Source of the DNA: Phycisphaeraceae bacterium
GTDB lineage: Bacteria; Planctomycetota; Phycisphaerae; Phycisphaerales; Zrk34
Length of the DNA stretch: 64,000 bases
Assembly: GCA_040905565.1 (NCBI GenBank)
Contig: JBBDRF010000021.1
Span: 32,001-96,000 of the forward strand
Reading direction: 5' to 3'
Position 1 is the first letter of the stretch; the number at the start of each line of letters is the position of its first letter. The notes under the pieces are model-generated. The model was not told the DNA's origin. It ran no database searches and saw only the letters and a program-made list of their open reading frames with translations. Below are positions 42,120 through 51,716 of the stretch, one piece after another. A program made the translations under genes and the position numbers.

Positions 42120-44463
42120 GGCGATCTGGATCAGCGGGGCGGGCTTGATCACTCCTCTGGGGGGTGACCGCCAGAGCACGTGGGAGGCGATATGTGCAGG
42201 TCGATGCGGCATCGGGCCCCTCACCGCAATGGAGCAGGATCAATTGCCCGGCAAGGAAGGCGGCCAGGTGCCCCCCCTGCACGGCGATGACAAACGCGAA
42301 AATCGCGTCATCCGTTACCTGCGGCAGGCGATCGAAGACGCGCTCCACGAAGCCGGCGCTGCGGCCGAACTCCCTTATGACCCCGCACGCTGCGGAATCA
42401 TCCTCGGCACGACGTTGCACGGCATGCCCGCAGCCGCTCGCTTTTTTCGGAGCGATGATCCGGCGGATTTACAATCCTTCCTTGCCGGTGCTGTCCTGGA
42501 AGGTGCAGCGGGTGACACAGGACTGACCGGCTTCTCCGCGACGACCTGCTCCGCTTGCTCGTCGGGACTGGGGAGCGTGGCGTTGGCGATGACGCTGCTG
42601 CGAAACGGCGAGTTGGACATGGTCGTGGCTGGGGGGTACGACCCGATCAGCGAGTACGCCTACGCGGGCTTCAACAGTCTCAGGCTCGTGGCGGAGTCGC
42701 CCCTGCGGCCGTTCTGCGAAGGGCGCGAGGGGATGAAGGTGAGCGAGGGGTACGGCATCGTGGTCCTTGAGCGAGCAGGTGATGCGCAGCGGCGGAGTGT
42801 GCAGCCGCTGGCGGAGGTGCGGGCGTTCGGCGAGTCAGCCGACGTGCATCATCTCACGCAGCCGAATCCGGAGGGCGAGGGGGCTTCACGGGCGATCGTC
42901 GCCGCACTCGAGGCAGCGGATCTGACTGTGGCCGACATCGGGTTGATTTCCGCCCACGCGACCGGCACGCCGGATAACGACAGTAGCGAGGCGGCGGCAC
43001 TGCGCGACGCGTTCGGCGGCCGGCTGCGCGACGTGCCGTTGGTCGCCTTCAAAAGTCACCTAGGGCACACGCTGGGCGGCGCTGGGGCGGTGGAGTTGAT
43101 CCTCTCAGCCATGGCGATGCGGGACGGGAAAGTACCTCCCACCGCCAACGTCACGCCGGAGGCGATCGCCTACGACGACCTTGCGATTCACACGGGAACA
43201 ACGGCGAAAGATGCTTCGATCGCTGCCACGCTGAACCTTTCGCTCGGGTTCGGCGGCGCGAACACCGCTGTCATCCTCACGCCGCCGCGACGTGATGAAG
43301 AGTCCCCCAACGTCATCACTGTCGATAGAACGGTGGGCGTCAACACACGCAGCGTCGGCGTGACGGGCGTTGGGGTCGTGATGGGAGGGGCGGTCGGAAA
43401 CGATGCCTTCATTGAGCGGCTCGGCTGCGAGACCGCGCTCGACCTCAACACCGTTAGCAGCGTGGATCGCGACGCATTGGCGGGCTTGATCCACGCACGA
43501 CGCGCTCGGCGCATGAGCGGCTATGTCCAGCTATCGCTCGCAGCGACGGCTGTGGCGTTGGAGCATGCCGGCGTTGATGATGTCGCAGCCTTCGGCGCGG
43601 AAGCGGGGGCGATCCTCGGCACGGTGCATGGTTCGACGTTGTACAGCACCGAATACTACCAGCAGATTGTGGCCGAGGGCGTCGGCGCAGCGAATCCGCT
43701 GCTTTTCGCCGAGGGCGTGCCGAATGCGGGGGCGGCACACCTGAGCATGACGTTCGGTGTGAAAGGAGCATGTCAGACCATCATCGGCTCGCGCACCGCA
43801 GGGCTCGATGCGATCCGACTCGCGACGGCTCGCATCGCAACCGGGGCGTGGGACCGGGCGATCATCAGCACAGCAGAAGAAGATACGCCGCTGATCGAAC
43901 GAGTTTATCGGCATTGCAACGTGGGGGCTGAGCGCGATCGGGCGCCGGCGGCCGCGCCTTTCGGTCAGGGGGGGGGCGTGTCAGGATCCGGCGCTGTTAC
44001 GTTGATCCTCGAAAGCGCTGAAGCCGCAGCGAAACGCGGCGCTCAACTGCACGCCCGCATCGATGCCACCGCATCGGCATGGGCCACGGCTGGCAACGCA
44101 CCGCGAATGGTCGAAAAACTCGATGGCGTCTGGCAGCGATTGGGCGATGATGAGGCCCTCGTGACCACCGCCAGCGGCGACGATCAGGCTCGGATCGAGC
44201 AAACGGCCCTGAAGCGGGCGGCGCATCGCAAGCCCAGGCGGGTCGGCGGAATCTATGGACACGCCCCCGAGATGTTCAGCGTGATGGGCATGGCCGCGAT
44301 TGCAGCGATCGTGCTGCGTCAACGTCTGCCGAGGCTCTGCGGCGAAGTTGACGGGAACGGCCTCACAGCGGCGGAAGGTATAGCCGATGAAAAAGGGGCA
44401 AGCGTTCTTGCGCTCGACAGGAGCGGCGCTGTTGCCGGTGTGCGGCTGGGCTGGAGCACGTGA
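42103..44463 (+). CDS. Beta-ketoacyl synthase (FabF-like) fused to a second non-catalytic KS/chain-length-factor-like domain
   Basis: Domain 1 has SACSSG, SAHATGT, KSHLGHTLG and GFGG. Domain 2 (from about 43351) has VGVTGVG, FAEGVPN and GSRTAGLDA with no Cys at the catalytic position. Confidence 0.85.
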   Translation: MCDVSEAIWISGAGLITPLGGDRQSTWEAICAGRCGIGPLTAMEQDQLPGKEGGQVPPLHGDDKRENRVIRYLRQAIEDALHEAGAAAELPYDPARCGIILGTTLHGMPAAARFFRSDDPADLQSFLAGAVLEGAAGDTGLTGFSATTCSACSSGLGSVALAMTLLRNGELDMVVAGGYDPISEYAYAGFNSLRLVAESPLRPFCEGREGMKVSEGYGIVVLERAGDAQRRSVQPLAEVRAFGESADVHHLTQPNPEGEGASRAIVAALEAADLTVADIGLISAHATGTPDNDSSEAAALRDAFGGRLRDVPLVAFKSHLGHTLGGAGAVELILSAMAMRDGKVPPTANVTPEAIAYDDLAIHTGTTAKDASIAATLNLSLGFGGANTAVILTPPRRDEESPNVITVDRTVGVNTRSVGVTGVGVVMGGAVGNDAFIERLGCETALDLNTVSSVDRDALAGLIHARRARRMSGYVQLSLAATAVALEHAGVDDVAAFGAEAGAILGTVHGSTLYSTEYYQQIVAEGVGAANPLLFAEGVPNAGAAHLSMTFGVKGACQTIIGSRTAGLDAIRLATARIATGAWDRAIISTAEEDTPLIERVYRHCNVGAERDRAPAAAPFGQGGGVSGSGAVTLILESAEAAAKRGAQLHARIDATASAWATAGNAPRMVEKLDGVWQRLGDDEALVTTASGDDQARIEQTALKRAAHRKPRRVGGIYGHAPEMFSVMGMAAIAAIVLRQRLPRLCGEVDGNGLTAAEGIADEKGASVLALDRSGAVAGVRLGWST

Positions 44464-44565
44464 GGCAAGAAGCAAGGCTTGGACATGGGGGCCGAGGCCG
44501 AGGATAATCGCCGGTTGAGAAGAGGATGCCTTGTGTGAGGCGGCGGCTGACCCCGTTGCGATGTG

Positions 44566-45537
44566 ATGACAGATCTGAGACGGCAGACGACGAGCGGGCG
44601 ACCGACCGCGCCACCGAACTGGGTGAGGCGCTGGCTGAATGATGCGCCGCTGCAATGCGTGGTGCAGCAGAGCGACCTGGTGGTTGAGCGGGCGGATGGA
44701 CCCGACGCACGATTCGTCCAGGTGACGGTGCCATGTGCTGCGGAACTGGCGGGTCTGACGCTGCAGCGATGCGTGACGCGAGCTTACACCGCCCTCGGCG
44801 AGCAGATACGACAGGATGGTCAGGTGTGCTGGCCGGTGCGATTCTGGAACTACGTCCCCGACATTCAGCAGCAGGATGGGGGCAACCTGAACCGCTACAT
44901 GATCTTCAACGCGGGGCGCTGGGGAGCCTTGGCTGAATGGTACGGGAACGATACAGCGTTCGGGTCGAACCTGGCTGCAGCCACCGCGCTCGACGTCCGC
45001 AGCAAACATCTGGTTGTTCAGGTTCTTGCAGCAACGGAACCGGGCGAACCCGTTGAGAACGCACGTCAGCTACCGGCTTACCGCTACTCCGCACGCTACG
45101 GTCCGCTGCCGCCGTGCTTCGCGCGGGCGACTGTAGTCAACGACGCATTGATGGACCGATGGATGTTGGTGTCCGGCACCGCAAGCGTCGTCGGCGAAGC
45201 ATCGAGACACCCGTGCGACATCCACGCCCAGCTACGCGAGACCTTCGCCAATCTCGCGACATTGGCCGCGCCTGCGGGAACGACGCCGGAAGAAGCACAC
45301 GGCCGCTACCGTTCGTTGCGTGCTTACGTGACGCGCAAGTCAGATGTGCCGGTGGTCGAAGCTGCGGTGCGGCGTACATTCCATGCGCTGGAGGAACTGG
45401 AAATCGTGCCGGCGGACCTGTGTCGGCCGGAACTGTTGGTGGAGATTGAGGGCGTGGCTGAAGCAGTCCGGAGCGGACACGCAGCGGGCAGGGCGCGACG
45501 GTCGACGTCGCCGTCCCCCGTGGAGTCGGCGCAATGA
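44566..45537 (+). CDS. FkbO/Hyg5/XanB2-family chorismatase
   Basis: RFWNYVP, YMIFNAGR, ENARQLPAYRYS..YGP.PP.FARAT, VSGTASVVG and ADLCRPELLVEIEG motifs. Confidence 0.85.
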   Translation: MTDLRRQTTSGRPTAPPNWVRRWLNDAPLQCVVQQSDLVVERADGPDARFVQVTVPCAAELAGLTLQRCVTRAYTALGEQIRQDGQVCWPVRFWNYVPDIQQQDGGNLNRYMIFNAGRWGALAEWYGNDTAFGSNLAAATALDVRSKHLVVQVLAATEPGEPVENARQLPAYRYSARYGPLPPCFARATVVNDALMDRWMLVSGTASVVGEASRHPCDIHAQLRETFANLATLAAPAGTTPEEAHGRYRSLRAYVTRKSDVPVVEAAVRRTFHALEELEIVPADLCRPELLVEIEGVAEAVRSGHAAGRARRSTSPSPVESAQ

Positions 45538-46901
45538 TCGCGCACAAGAGCGAGCAGGATTTCGAGGTGCTGATCGTTGGCGGAGGCCCCACCGGCGCCA
45601 TCGCGGCATTGGTGCTGGCGCGGGCGGGGGTTCGGGTGGCGGTCGTCGAGAAGGAAGCGTTCCCCAGATTTCAAATCGGCGAGTCTTTCCTCCCGGTGAC
45701 GTTCGACCAACTGCAACGACTGGGCCTGATGGACCGCCTGCGTGAACTGCCACATATGCTCAAATACGGCGCGGAGTTCGGCATGGGCGGCGGCACCGAA
45801 ACCAGCCTCTTCGAATTCAACACCGGTCTGCTGGGCGGGGAAAACGAGACGTTCAACATCGCACGGGCTGACTTCGACGCAATGCTTCTGGAAGAGGCTG
45901 CGAAGGCGGGCGCGACGCTGCTTCAGCCGGCGGCGGTGAAGCAGATACACCGATTGGCCGACGGCGACGTCGTCATCGAAACGCAGGCGGAAACACTCAC
46001 CGGCCGTTATCTCATCGACGCCAGCGGGCAGGCCACGGTGGTCGGTAGGCACCTGAAGCAAAAAAGCATGTTCGACGCGCCACACCTGCAAAAGGTGGCA
46101 TACTTCGCGCACTTCGAAAACGTGAAGCGGCTGGACGGCAGACGCGCCGGGTACCCGACGATCGCGATGGCGGACGAAGGTTGGTTCTGGATCATTCCGC
46201 TCAATGCGCATACGACCAGCGTCGGGATGGTGCTTGATCCCGCCGTCGTGAAGCAGGTCGACCTGCCTGCCCGCGACATGCTGGGCTGGGGAATTGCGCG
46301 GTGTCCACTCATGCGAGACCGTATGGAAGCAGCCGTGCCGGTCGAGCGCGTCACCGAAACCGGCGACTCCGTCAACAGTCAACGGTGGGGGGGCGTGAGG
46401 GCGGACTTCAGTTACCAGTGTGAGCCGATCGCTGGGCCGGGTTATTTTCTGGCGGGCGATGCAGCGACGTTCCTCGATCCGGTCTTCTCGACGGGTGTGT
46501 GCCTGGGAATGACAGGCGGTGAACAGGCGGCTCAGCATTTGATCGCGGTGCTGCGTTACGGCCGAGAACCGAAGGCGGCGAGACAGGTTTACGTCAAGAC
46601 GATGAAGCAGGCGACAGCGTACTTTACCAAGGTAATTGCGTACTACTATCAGCACAGCTTTCGAGAGCTGTTTCTGCACGGTTCTGGCCCGTTTCAGATG
46701 CAGCGCAGTGTTCTGGCCGTGTTGACCGGACACGTCTTCGCAAAGCTGCCGTGGAAGGTACGTTGGCGGTACTGGCTGTTTGGTCTTTGTGTACGCGTGC
46801 AGCAAAGCCGGGCTTTGGTCGAGAAACGGGAGCGGTTTTCGCTGCTGAGTGCGGAGCCGTCCCTTTGGCAGCCGAGCGGTTCCTGTGTGGAAGTGGGTTG
46901 A
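45534..46901 (+). CDS. Flavin-dependent halogenase-like FAD oxidoreductase
   Basis: GGGPTG, FPRFQIGES, LKYGA (candidate catalytic Lys), WFWIIP (WxWxIP) and GDAATFLDPVFSTG. ATGA overlap. Confidence 0.8.
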   Translation: MIAHKSEQDFEVLIVGGGPTGAIAALVLARAGVRVAVVEKEAFPRFQIGESFLPVTFDQLQRLGLMDRLRELPHMLKYGAEFGMGGGTETSLFEFNTGLLGGENETFNIARADFDAMLLEEAAKAGATLLQPAAVKQIHRLADGDVVIETQAETLTGRYLIDASGQATVVGRHLKQKSMFDAPHLQKVAYFAHFENVKRLDGRRAGYPTIAMADEGWFWIIPLNAHTTSVGMVLDPAVVKQVDLPARDMLGWGIARCPLMRDRMEAAVPVERVTETGDSVNSQRWGGVRADFSYQCEPIAGPGYFLAGDAATFLDPVFSTGVCLGMTGGEQAAQHLIAVLRYGREPKAARQVYVKTMKQATAYFTKVIAYYYQHSFRELFLHGSGPFQMQRSVLAVLTGHVFAKLPWKVRWRYWLFGLCVRVQQSRALVEKRERFSLLSAEPSLWQPSGSCVEVG

Positions 46902-48385
46902 TGAGTTCGCAACTGATTCAACAGGTTCTAAGACACGCGACCGAACGTGCAGACGACGCAGCGATTCTATGGTGTGATTCTGCCGGTCACGCTCAGACCG
47001 TCACTTGGTCGCAGTTGTTGCGCGGAGCGGCGGCTGTCGCGGAGCAGCTCCGGCAGCGCACCTCGGCCGACGCGGTGGTGCTGGTGAGCATTGCCAATCG
47101 CCCTGAGCTGACGGTGAGTTTTCTTGCAGGATTGCTGGCGGATCGCGCGGTGTTCATGGTGCCGCCGAACCTCACGGCCGCGGAGTTGCGACAATCTTTG
47201 GCCCGCTCGGGCGCACGCAGCGCTATCGGAAGTTCCGCAGCCCTGACAGCCATCACCGCCGATTTGGATTTTCATTTGCCGCTCAATGCCGTACCGACGC
47301 AGGCAGCGCGAGATGATCAAAGGTTGCAGAAGCTCGTGCAGCAGCATGCGGGGTGCGGGGCCTTGCTGTTGCAGAGTTCGGGGACGACCGGGCGGCCCAA
47401 AATTGTGCGACGGGAGATGTCGGCCCTTGATGCCGTGGGTGAGCACTGCCGCGTTGCTGTGGGGATCGAGGCGAACGATCGGATGCTTGCTGCGGTGCCG
47501 TTGTGTCACTCCTTCGGGATGGATCACGGCTTGATGGCCGCCATGCTGGCCGGCTGTGCCGTGGAGATGCAGCATGGTTTCACGCTTGCAGCCATCAGCG
47601 ACGGCATCGAGCGGGGCGCGACCATTCTGCCGGGCGTGCCGTTCATGTTTGAGATGCTCGCCGGCACCACGGCTCTGCCGCAGCATCGGTTGCGACGTGT
47701 CTACTCAGCGGGCGGGCCGTTGCCGCCCGAGGTAGCTGATCGATTTGCGAAGGCATGGGGCGTGCGGATCGGGCAGGTGTACGGCTCCACTGAGTTCGGC
47801 TCGGTCACGTTCAACGATCCTGACGTAGCTGATTACGACGCAACGGCGGTTGGTCATCCCATCGGCGACGTCCAGCTGCGTGTCCTCGATGTGGAGCAAG
47901 CGGATGTGCATGGGCCGCTATCTGCCGGTGAAGAAGGCCAGGTGGCAGTGAAGGGTGCGTCCATGTTGAGTGGATACGTCGACGCGACAGAGCCGCCCAC
48001 CGTCGAAGGATGGTTTCTATCGGGCGATCTGGGAAGGCTTGATGACCAGGGGCGGCTGACCCTGACCGGACGCTTAAAGTTGTTGATCGATGTGGGGGGC
48101 CTGAAGGTCAACCCGATTGAGATCGAAGCGGTGCTCACCCAGCATCCGGCTGTGCAGGATGCGATCGTCGTGCCGATGCCGATGAGTCAGACGGTGCAGC
48201 GTATCAAGGCGATCGTCACGCTTCGGCCGAGTACGGAGCGGACCGAGGCGGACGTTCTTGACGAGCTACGCCGCTTCGCGCGGCAGCAATTGAGTCGTTG
48301 GAAAGTGCCACGCGTGATCGAGGTTCGCAACGCGCTGCCGAAGTCGCCCACGGGAAAAATTCTGCGACAGGCGGTGCAATGTTGA
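46901..48385 (+). CDS. AMP-dependent ligase (acyl/aryl-CoA or aryl-ACP ligase)
   Basis: QSSGTTGRPK, YGSTE, SGDLG, GRLK and LPKSPTGKI motifs. TGATG coupling. Confidence 0.9.
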   Translation: MSSQLIQQVLRHATERADDAAILWCDSAGHAQTVTWSQLLRGAAAVAEQLRQRTSADAVVLVSIANRPELTVSFLAGLLADRAVFMVPPNLTAAELRQSLARSGARSAIGSSAALTAITADLDFHLPLNAVPTQAARDDQRLQKLVQQHAGCGALLLQSSGTTGRPKIVRREMSALDAVGEHCRVAVGIEANDRMLAAVPLCHSFGMDHGLMAAMLAGCAVEMQHGFTLAAISDGIERGATILPGVPFMFEMLAGTTALPQHRLRRVYSAGGPLPPEVADRFAKAWGVRIGQVYGSTEFGSVTFNDPDVADYDATAVGHPIGDVQLRVLDVEQADVHGPLSAGEEGQVAVKGASMLSGYVDATEPPTVEGWFLSGDLGRLDDQGRLTLTGRLKLLIDVGGLKVNPIEIEAVLTQHPAVQDAIVVPMPMSQTVQRIKAIVTLRPSTERTEADVLDELRRFARQQLSRWKVPRVIEVRNALPKSPTGKILRQAVQC

Positions 48386-49179
48386 GACGTGCTGCGACGA
48401 CGACTGGCCTGATCATGCTTTTACTTTCAGCGATCGTGGTGGGCGGGTGCGCGGCGACCGACCCGCTGCCGCGACACGCGTGGGTCGACGCCGATCACGC
48501 ACTGGCGCTGATGGCGGAGCGTGGCGCAAAGGTGGAGACGCTCACCGCCCGATGTGCGGTGGCGATGCGCAGCGGCCACGAAGACGTCACGTTCGATGGG
48601 GCGGTCGTCGCAAGGCTGCCGCACGATCTTCGCCTACGGGGATGGAAGTTCGACCGTGCTGTCATCGACCTGACGATTCGTGAAGACGGCGTATGGTTTT
48701 GGACGGCTCAGCAAAGAGAATCGCTCGAAAGCGGCAGCATGCTAGACGCGATGAATAATCCGCGCGCACGCGGCACCGGATTGGCGATGGTCATCGGAGC
48801 GATGGTCGACGGCCCCTGGCATCAAACCGAAGTGCAGGGCGACGAGCTCACCGCCACGCAAATGCTCGACAGCGGATGGCAACTGCAAGCGACGATCGAT
48901 CGTCCGACTTTGACCATCAGCCGATACGCCTTAATCGACGGCGACGGGCATGTTGTTCAGCAGGTGCGGCTCGATCGCTATGTCATGGTGAACGATATGC
49001 CCTGGCCGATGCGGATTGTGGCGGAGGGGTACGGCCGTGGTGGGAGGGGCAGTGGCGTTGGGGGGGCGAGTGGTCAGATCGTCGTGCGATTAAGCGACGT
49101 CTCCCTGAACGAAGGCCTTGCCGACGGTGCTTTCAATCCGCCAAGGCGTGCAATCCGACAGAACGGCGACGAAAGATGA
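48379..49179 (+). CDS. Lipoprotein, possibly of LolB/DUF4292-like fold
   Basis: Lipobox VGGC, beta-rich sequence and WPMRI...DGAF C-terminus. Overlaps both neighbours. Confidence 0.65.
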   Translation: MLRRAATTTGLIMLLLSAIVVGGCAATDPLPRHAWVDADHALALMAERGAKVETLTARCAVAMRSGHEDVTFDGAVVARLPHDLRLRGWKFDRAVIDLTIREDGVWFWTAQQRESLESGSMLDAMNNPRARGTGLAMVIGAMVDGPWHQTEVQGDELTATQMLDSGWQLQATIDRPTLTISRYALIDGDGHVVQQVRLDRYVMVNDMPWPMRIVAEGYGRGGRGSGVGGASGQIVVRLSDVSLNEGLADGAFNPPRRAIRQNGDER

Positions 49180-51716
49180 GGCGACCGGCGGGCGGCACCG
49201 GGTTCTGGCTCAGACGTCCTGGCACCTCTGTTGGTGTTGCGGCGGGGCTGGTGCTTCTCGCAGCACTGCTCGCCAGCGGCCTCAAACCCAGCCATTCCAT
49301 GAACACGCTGCTGCCTCGTGACGACCCGGCAGCGGTCGCGCTTGGCCAACTCATGCAGAACTTTGCCATCGGCAACGAACTGCTGCTGCTGGTCGAAGCG
49401 GATGAGCAATTGCGCGGGGAACAAGAAGCGGTTGAGAGTCTCCGGGCGTTCGCCCAGCGTTTCGAAGCTGCCGTCGCGGAGGATCAAACGGCCGCAGCCA
49501 TGGTCGAGCGGATTCAGTGGTCAGCTGGGGAGGATGCCGTTCGATTTGCTGAGGAGCAGGTCGCACCCCGCCTGGCCTTTTACCTGGACGATGGTGCTTT
49601 CGAGCAGTTGCTCGAGCGGTTGACCGAACCGGGCATGAAGCGGCTGATTGTAAGAAATGAAGCGATGCTGGCCTCCGGCCCCGCAGCCGACGCTCTTGCA
49701 CGACAGGTGCTGCGTGATCCGCTGCGGCTACACGAACTGCTCGGCAAGGTCGCGACCACGCTCCGCCCCGCCGGCCGAACGTGGCGAGGCGGGTCGGAGT
49801 TCATTACCACCGATGGCCGAGCCATGCTTATCCGCGTCGCGGCGGTCGAACCGCCCAGCGATCTCAACTTCACCAAACAGTTCATGCCCATGATGCGGCA
49901 AGCGATCCACCGCGCCCTGGCCGAAACCGAGCATGCCCCCCATGTCAGCCCGGCAGGGGGCTATGCGATTGCCGAACTGAGTGAGCGAGAGATTCGGCGT
50001 GACATGATGCGCAGCATCATCGGCGCAGTCGTGCTTCTGCAACTGGCGTTTTTCCTGATCTATCGGCGAGCGTGGGTGTTCGCCCTGGTCCTGCTGCCCG
50101 CCGCGGCCGGTATCGTCGTGGCATTTGGATTATACAGCGTGACGGGCCTGCCGTTGACGCCCATCACTGCGGTCATCGGCGCGATGCTCGCGGGGCTCGG
50201 CGTGGATTACGGCATCCATTATCTCGCCCACTACCAGACGCAGCGTAAGCACGCATCGTCCGCAGCCGCTGCAGCCACACGCGTGAATGTCGCACTCGCA
50301 GGGACCATGGCTGCCGCTTGCGTCACGTCGCTGATCGCCTTCGCCGCCATCGGCACCTCCAGCGTCGCTGCGCTTCAGCAGTTCGCGCTGCTTGGCGTGC
50401 TCGGGCTCGCGGGGGCACTGCTCGCATCACTCACGCTACTGCCTGCGATGCTGACTTTGCTTGAACGCATCGGCCGATCGGGCGTGGGGCACGTTGGTGC
50501 GTTGCGGTTCGACGCAGCTTGGTTCCTGCAGATCGCCCATCGCCATCGGCGGTCGTGCTGGGCAACGGGGGCGGTGCTGACGGGGGCTGCGGGCATAACG
50601 CTCGCCATTGCCGGCGGCGTGCGGTTCGATGACGACCTCCATGCGATGCACCCGCAGCCGAACAAGCCGCTCGTGACGCAGACAGAGATCGCCACGATGT
50701 TCGGTCAAGCTCCCGAGCCGATGGTCGTGCTCCTCCAGGCCGACGACGAATCCGCTTTGCTCGATCTGGCCGCCCGTGTTGATCATCACATCGATGCTTC
50801 CGCCGCAGCACAGGCCGCCGGGGTGCGTACCACGCTCAGCCCCGCACGGCTGTTGCCGACGGCCGCACACGTCGAACGACGCCTTGAACGATTGGATGAG
50901 ATCGGTGTCACGTCGATGCTCGCGAGCTTCGACGCCGTCATCGAGGAGAGCATTTTCAATCCCGATGCTTTTGCGGATTACCGCGAGTATCTCCGTCGCG
51001 TTGTGCGGCCGAAAGACTCGCCCACGATCCAGACGCTGCGCCACTACCCGCAACTCGCTGCGACGGTCCTCCCCCGGACCGATCACGAAAGCGTGGAGCA
51101 CATGGGCGCGGTACTGGTTTATTTTGAGGATCGGGTGACCAATCGTGAACAGCGGGACGCTGCCATTACCGCCTTGCGCGAGGCTCTGACGCATGTCGAG
51201 GGGGCGACGCTTAGCGGCATGCCCGTGATCGCTCACGATGTGGAGCAGGCGGTGCGCACCGAGCTAGGGCAACTGTTCGGCGTGGCGGCCACGCTTGTCA
51301 TCGTCTGGCTGATCGTTATTTATCGCAACGGGCGCGACGTGGCCCTGGTGTTGATTCCCGCGGTCTTCGGCGGTCTCATCCTCTTGTCGGGGATGTACTG
51401 GATGGGCATCGGATTCAACATGATGAACCTCATCGCGCTCCCGCTGCTCGCTGGCATCGGCGTCGATGACGGCATCTTCCTTGTCAGTGCCGCCAGGCAG
51501 CGACAGACGGGCGGAGTCGCCGCCAGTTGTCACGCCATCACCATGACCAGCGCCACCACAGCCCTGGCCTTCGGATCGCTTCTGTTGACCAGCACGCCCG
51601 CCATCCAATCCCTCGGTGCGGTATTGGCGATCGGCATCGTCGCCAGCTATATCGGCGCGGCCTGGGTGCTCGCCCCCTGGCTCATCGAAAACATCGAGCG
51701 GGAGGCTGCAGCATGA
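49176..51716 (+). CDS. MMPL/RND-family exporter
   Basis: Two repeats with GLGVDYGIH and GIGVDDGIF, TTALAFGSL and multiple TM helices. ATGA overlap. Confidence 0.9.
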   Translation: MRRPAGGTGFWLRRPGTSVGVAAGLVLLAALLASGLKPSHSMNTLLPRDDPAAVALGQLMQNFAIGNELLLLVEADEQLRGEQEAVESLRAFAQRFEAAVAEDQTAAAMVERIQWSAGEDAVRFAEEQVAPRLAFYLDDGAFEQLLERLTEPGMKRLIVRNEAMLASGPAADALARQVLRDPLRLHELLGKVATTLRPAGRTWRGGSEFITTDGRAMLIRVAAVEPPSDLNFTKQFMPMMRQAIHRALAETEHAPHVSPAGGYAIAELSEREIRRDMMRSIIGAVVLLQLAFFLIYRRAWVFALVLLPAAAGIVVAFGLYSVTGLPLTPITAVIGAMLAGLGVDYGIHYLAHYQTQRKHASSAAAAATRVNVALAGTMAAACVTSLIAFAAIGTSSVAALQQFALLGVLGLAGALLASLTLLPAMLTLLERIGRSGVGHVGALRFDAAWFLQIAHRHRRSCWATGAVLTGAAGITLAIAGGVRFDDDLHAMHPQPNKPLVTQTEIATMFGQAPEPMVVLLQADDESALLDLAARVDHHIDASAAAQAAGVRTTLSPARLLPTAAHVERRLERLDEIGVTSMLASFDAVIEESIFNPDAFADYREYLRRVVRPKDSPTIQTLRHYPQLAATVLPRTDHESVEHMGAVLVYFEDRVTNREQRDAAITALREALTHVEGATLSGMPVIAHDVEQAVRTELGQLFGVAATLVIVWLIVIYRNGRDVALVLIPAVFGGLILLSGMYWMGIGFNMMNLIALPLLAGIGVDDGIFLVSAARQRQTGGVAASCHAITMTSATTALAFGSLLLTSTPAIQSLGAVLAIGIVASYIGAAWVLAPWLIENIEREAAA

